This document shows positions 61,008 to 64,000 of a stretch of DNA of 64,000 nt, one piece after another. Positions within the stretch are counted from its first letter, which is position 1. The number at the start of each line of letters is the position of its first letter. A program made the position numbers and the translations under genes. The notes under the pieces were generated by a model that made no database searches, had not been told where the DNA came from, and saw nothing but the letters and a program-made list of their open reading frames with translations. The DNA comes from an uncultured Acidobacteriota bacterium (GTDB lineage Bacteria; Acidobacteriota; Thermoanaerobaculia; Gp7-AA8): positions 1,056,001 through 1,120,000 of the forward strand of contig CAWGHO010000001.1 of the NCBI GenBank assembly GCA_963822445.1. The letters run 5' to 3'.

Positions 61008-62142
61008 CGAGGTAGGCATCGTAGCTGCGCCGCATCTCGGTCATGGTGTCGCCGCCGAATTTCTCGCGCATCGCACCGGCCAGGACGATGGCCAGCATGG
61101 CTTCGCAGACGACGCCGCACGCCGGAACGGCGGTGACGTCGCTGCGCTCCCACTGCGAGCGATGTGCTTCCCGCGTCTCGATGTCGACGCTCGGAAGTCC
61201 GCGACGCAGAGTGGAAATCGGCTTCATGAACGCGCGAACGACGATGTCCTGCCCGTTGGTGACGCCGCCTTCGAGGCCGCCCGCACGATTGGTCTCGCGG
61301 TAGTACCGCCGCGTGTCATCGAAGTAGATCGCGTCATGAACTTCCGATCCGAGTCTGCGCGCGGCCGCGACCCCGTCGCCGACCGCAACGGCCTTGACCG
61401 CGTGAATGGAGAGGATGGCCTGGCCGATGCGGCCATCGAGCTTTTCGTTCCACTGAACATAGGAGCCGAGTCCGACGGGTACGCCGCGCGCGGCGATGAC
61501 GATCGTGCCGCCGAGGGTCTCGCCGGCTTCTTTGGCGCGGTCGACGGCGGCGATCATGTCCGCCTCGCTGTTGACCGCGCGCAACGGTGAGTCATCATCG
61601 ACGTCGAGGTCGTCCCAGGTCGGTGAGTACTCCGGATCGCCCGCGTCACCGACGGACACGACGCCGGAGCGGATCTCGATTCCGAACGCGCGCAGCAACT
61701 CCTTCGCGATCGCCCCCGCCGCCACCCGCCCCGCGGTCTCGCGGGCCGACGCGCGCTCGAGGATGTCGCGCAGATCGCGGCGGCCGTACTTCATCCCCCC
61801 CGCGAGATCGACATGCCCCGGCCGCGGTGCGTGGACGCGACGCTTGTGGGTCTCGGCTTCGTCGAGGTCCCACGGGTCCATCGCTTTCTGCCAGTTTTCA
61901 TGATCTTTATTGCGGATGACGATGGCGATGGGAGCGCCGATGGTCTCCCCGCCTCGGACCCCGCCGACGATTTCGGCTTCGTCGGATTCGATCTTCATGC
62001 GGCCGCCGCGGCCGTAGCCGTGCTGGCGCCTTCGCAGGTCGTCGTTGATCCTGGTTCTGTCGAGTCTCAGGCCCGCGGGGATGTTCTGCACGAGGATCGT
62101 GAGTTGGGGGCCGTGGGATTCGCCGGCTGTTGTGAAGTGCAT
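60988..62142 (-). CDS. aroC: Chorismate synthase
   Basis: TAGESHG, PRPGH, ERASARET, KPISTL, ERSD. Confidence 0.97.
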   Translation of the reverse strand: MHFTTAGESHGPQLTILVQNIPAGLRLDRTRINDDLRRRQHGYGRGGRMKIESDEAEIVGGVRGGETIGAPIAIVIRNKDHENWQKAMDPWDLDEAETHKRRVHAPRPGHVDLAGGMKYGRRDLRDILERASARETAGRVAAGAIAKELLRAFGIEIRSGVVSVGDAGDPEYSPTWDDLDVDDDSPLRAVNSEADMIAAVDRAKEAGETLGGTIVIAARGVPVGLGSYVQWNEKLDGRIGQAILSIHAVKAVAVGDGVAAARRLGSEVHDAIYFDDTRRYYRETNRAGGLEGGVTNGQDIVVRAFMKPISTLRRGLPSVDIETREAHRSQWERSDVTAVPACGVVCEAMLAIVLAGAMREKFGGDTMTEMRRSYDAYLDDLRRF

Positions 62143-62181
62143 TGGTTCGCTCGCTCACCCTCAACTCTATCCCGCCGAAAG

Positions 62182-62588
62182 TTTATCCCGCGCGAAGACG
62201 CGGGATCTCTCCGTGCACCGACGCAACTACTCCAACAAGCGCAGAGGATCCAGCCGCGACGAAAGATCCAACCAGTTCGGATTCATGGTTTGAATCAGCG
62301 CGACTCGTCGCGACCGATGCCACTTCTTGATTTCTTTCTCGCGCTTCGCGGCCGCGGTCATCGACCGCGCCACTTCGAAGTACACGAGCCGATCGAAGTG
62401 ATAGCGCGCTGTGAATCCGTTTGGATACGCGCCGGTCTTATGCTGCTCGAAGCGTTCGCGGAGATTCGTTGTGATGCCGCAATACAGCGTGTGGCTGACG
62501 TTCGAGACGATATAGACGAACGCGTGTCGCACGTGGCTACGTTCGTCGCGGTGTAACCGGGAGATCCCGCGTCTTCGCGCGGGATAAA
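62182..62588. mobile_element. GIY-YIG gene flanked by perfect 28-bp inverted repeats (62182-62209 and 62561-62588)
   Basis: TTTATCCCGCGCGAAGACGCGGGATCTC and its exact reverse complement; mobility is inferred. Confidence 0.65.
62227..62532 (-). CDS. GIY-YIG nuclease (UPF0213-like)
   Basis: FVYIV...LYCGIT.NL.ER..QH, FTARY, REKEIKKW.R. Confidence 0.92.
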   Translation of the reverse strand: MRHAFVYIVSNVSHTLYCGITTNLRERFEQHKTGAYPNGFTARYHFDRLVYFEVARSMTAAAKREKEIKKWHRSRRVALIQTMNPNWLDLSSRLDPLRLLE

Positions 62589-63358
62589 GTGACGAAAACG
62601 AGAGCAAGCCCCGCGACCACCAGTAGCACAGAGATCACCTGCGCCACCGTAAACGACCCGAAAAACCGGTCATCCTTCGCCCGCACGATCTCGACGAGAA
62701 ACCTCTCGATCCCCAGCAAGATCATGAACAGCGCCCACGACAGCCCCCGCGGATGCGGCCGGCGGTTCAAAACCATGAGAACCGCGAACATGAGCAAAGC
62801 CGCGAAGGCCTCATACAACTGCGTCGGGTGCACCTTCAGCACCTGATACCCAGGGATCGAAGGATCGACGAAGACCCCGAACTCCCGCAGGGAATCGGCG
62901 GTCGTCGGCGGCGCACCTTTCGGAAAGGCCACGCCGACCCAGGCATCCGTCGGGCGGCCGTAATCGTCGCCGACCAGGAAGCAGCCGATGCGGCCGAGGG
63001 CGTAGCCGAGGGAGAGGGCGGGGGCGGCGGCGTCGGCGGCTTTGAGGTAATCGACGCGGGCGCGGAGGACCACGAACGACGCGGCCAGGAATCCGCCGAT
63101 CAGGCCTCCGTACCAGACCAGCCCGGCGCGGTCGAAGAGCAGGCGCCAGTCCTTGAAAAGAATCGCGTAGTAGATCTTCGCGCCGATGATCCCGCCCAGC
63201 GCGCCGGCGACGACGATCGACGAGGCCAGTTCCTCATCGATGCCTTGGCGCCGGAACTCCCGCGCCAGCACCCAGCCTCCGATCACGAAGGCGAGGAACA
63301 TCATCAACCCGAAGGTCGTGATCTCGAAGTTACCGACTTTTATTAGGGTTGGCCACAT
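62537..63358 (-). CDS. lgt: Prolipoprotein diacylglyceryl transferase
   Basis: WYGGLIGG, GRIGCF, HPTQLYE, RFLVEIVR. Confidence 0.95.
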   Translation of the reverse strand: MWPTLIKVGNFEITTFGLMMFLAFVIGGWVLAREFRRQGIDEELASSIVVAGALGGIIGAKIYYAILFKDWRLLFDRAGLVWYGGLIGGFLAASFVVLRARVDYLKAADAAAPALSLGYALGRIGCFLVGDDYGRPTDAWVGVAFPKGAPPTTADSLREFGVFVDPSIPGYQVLKVHPTQLYEAFAALLMFAVLMVLNRRPHPRGLSWALFMILLGIERFLVEIVRAKDDRFFGSFTVAQVISVLLVVAGLALVFVTLSRAKTRDLPVTPRRT

Positions 63359-63370
63359 GCGGCGCGGAGC

Positions 63371-64000
63371 TTATACCGCGGCCTTCTCCAGGCTGGCCTT
63401 CTGATCGGAGATGAAGCGGAACACATCCACCTTCCCGGCCTGATCGAGATGCTGGGAGACCTCGAACAGTTGCACGGACAGCAGTGTGTTCAGCCCTTCA
63501 TCCAGCACGGCCTTCCGCCGCTCGAACGGCAGCTCGGAGATGTTGGCGATGAGCATGTTCTCGTCGAAGCGGCCGTACTGATCGAAGAACACGCCCGCCC
63601 ACAGCTCGTCCGTCTCCGCGTTCTGGAGGATGGTCATGAAGATGTCCCGGGCCTGGTCCTCGCCCACCTGCTTCTCCAGCGATTCGAAGAGGCGGCCGAA
63701 CATGTCGTTGTACGTGGAGATGACTTTGAGCAGCTCCGGCGAGTCCTCGACGTCGAGGAACACCGGGCGGAAGATCTTCTCCTCTTCCTTCACCACCTCG
63801 ATGAGCCGCGCGCTGAGGAGCTGAAAAAGGATGCGCGCCACCTCGAACTGGGTGAGCTCCGAGCGGCCGGTCAGCTCGCGCACATTCAGCTTTCCGTCGA
63901 TGTTCTTGTAAACCGCGATCTCCCCGTCATTCAGGTCCAGGCCCGCGAAATCGGGCACGCTGCCGTGGACCTTCGCGAAGACGATGTCGAGGTTCGGGAT
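63371..64000 (-). CDS. DUF4388/PATAN-associated protein, C-terminal part (truncated by the window edge)
   Basis: IDGKLNVREL...FEVARILFQLLSARLI winged-helix-like segment; frame open to the window end. Confidence 0.5.
   Translation of the reverse strand: MPNLDIVFAKVHGSVPDFAGLDLNDGEIAVYKNIDGKLNVRELTGRSELTQFEVARILFQLLSARLIEVVKEEEKIFRPVFLDVEDSPELLKVISTYNDMFGRLFESLEKQVGEDQARDIFMTILQNAETDELWAGVFFDQYGRFDENMLIANISELPFERRKAVLDEGLNTLLSVQLFEVSQHLDQAGKVDVFRFISDQKASLEKAAV

Overview
High-GC, gene-dense bacterial chromosome segment. Gene style and repeats suggest Acidobacteriota, possibly Thermoanaerobaculia-like (inference, not tested). Contents: a MacAB-type ABC exporter operon; GH16, GT-C and GH44 carbohydrate genes; a selenocysteine-type BCP peroxiredoxin; M16, M4, M3 and M23 peptidases; a desaturase with a DesK/DesR-like two-component pair; a LolA-like/ABC cluster; pilT, ggt, an S1-domain protein, apaG and fpg; an ECF sigma/anti-sigma/DUF4097 operon; and an aromatic amino acid cluster (lgt, GIY-YIG, aroC, class V aminotransferase, rmuC, trpGDCFBA, chorismate mutase, aroF). 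No rRNA, tRNA, CRISPR array, integrase or transposase was seen. About ten genes carry single-base frameshifts, which points to long-read consensus error. Most notable: (1) trpG has no in-frame start and is reachable from a Trp-containing leader by a +1 shift at CUU-UGG, a candidate Trp-sensing recoding switch that could also be an indel error; (2) a Tyr/Phe-rich leader peptide attenuator with its own promoter before chorismate mutase-aroF; (3) a UGA-Sec peroxiredoxin with a SECIS-like hairpin; (4) a 33-bp dyad-symmetric direct repeat flanking a 2-kb two-gene cassette and supplying identical MSDDR starts; (5) several families of inverted-repeat elements, some translated in frame and one flanking a GIY-YIG gene; (6) many apparently leaderless and two CUG-initiated genes.
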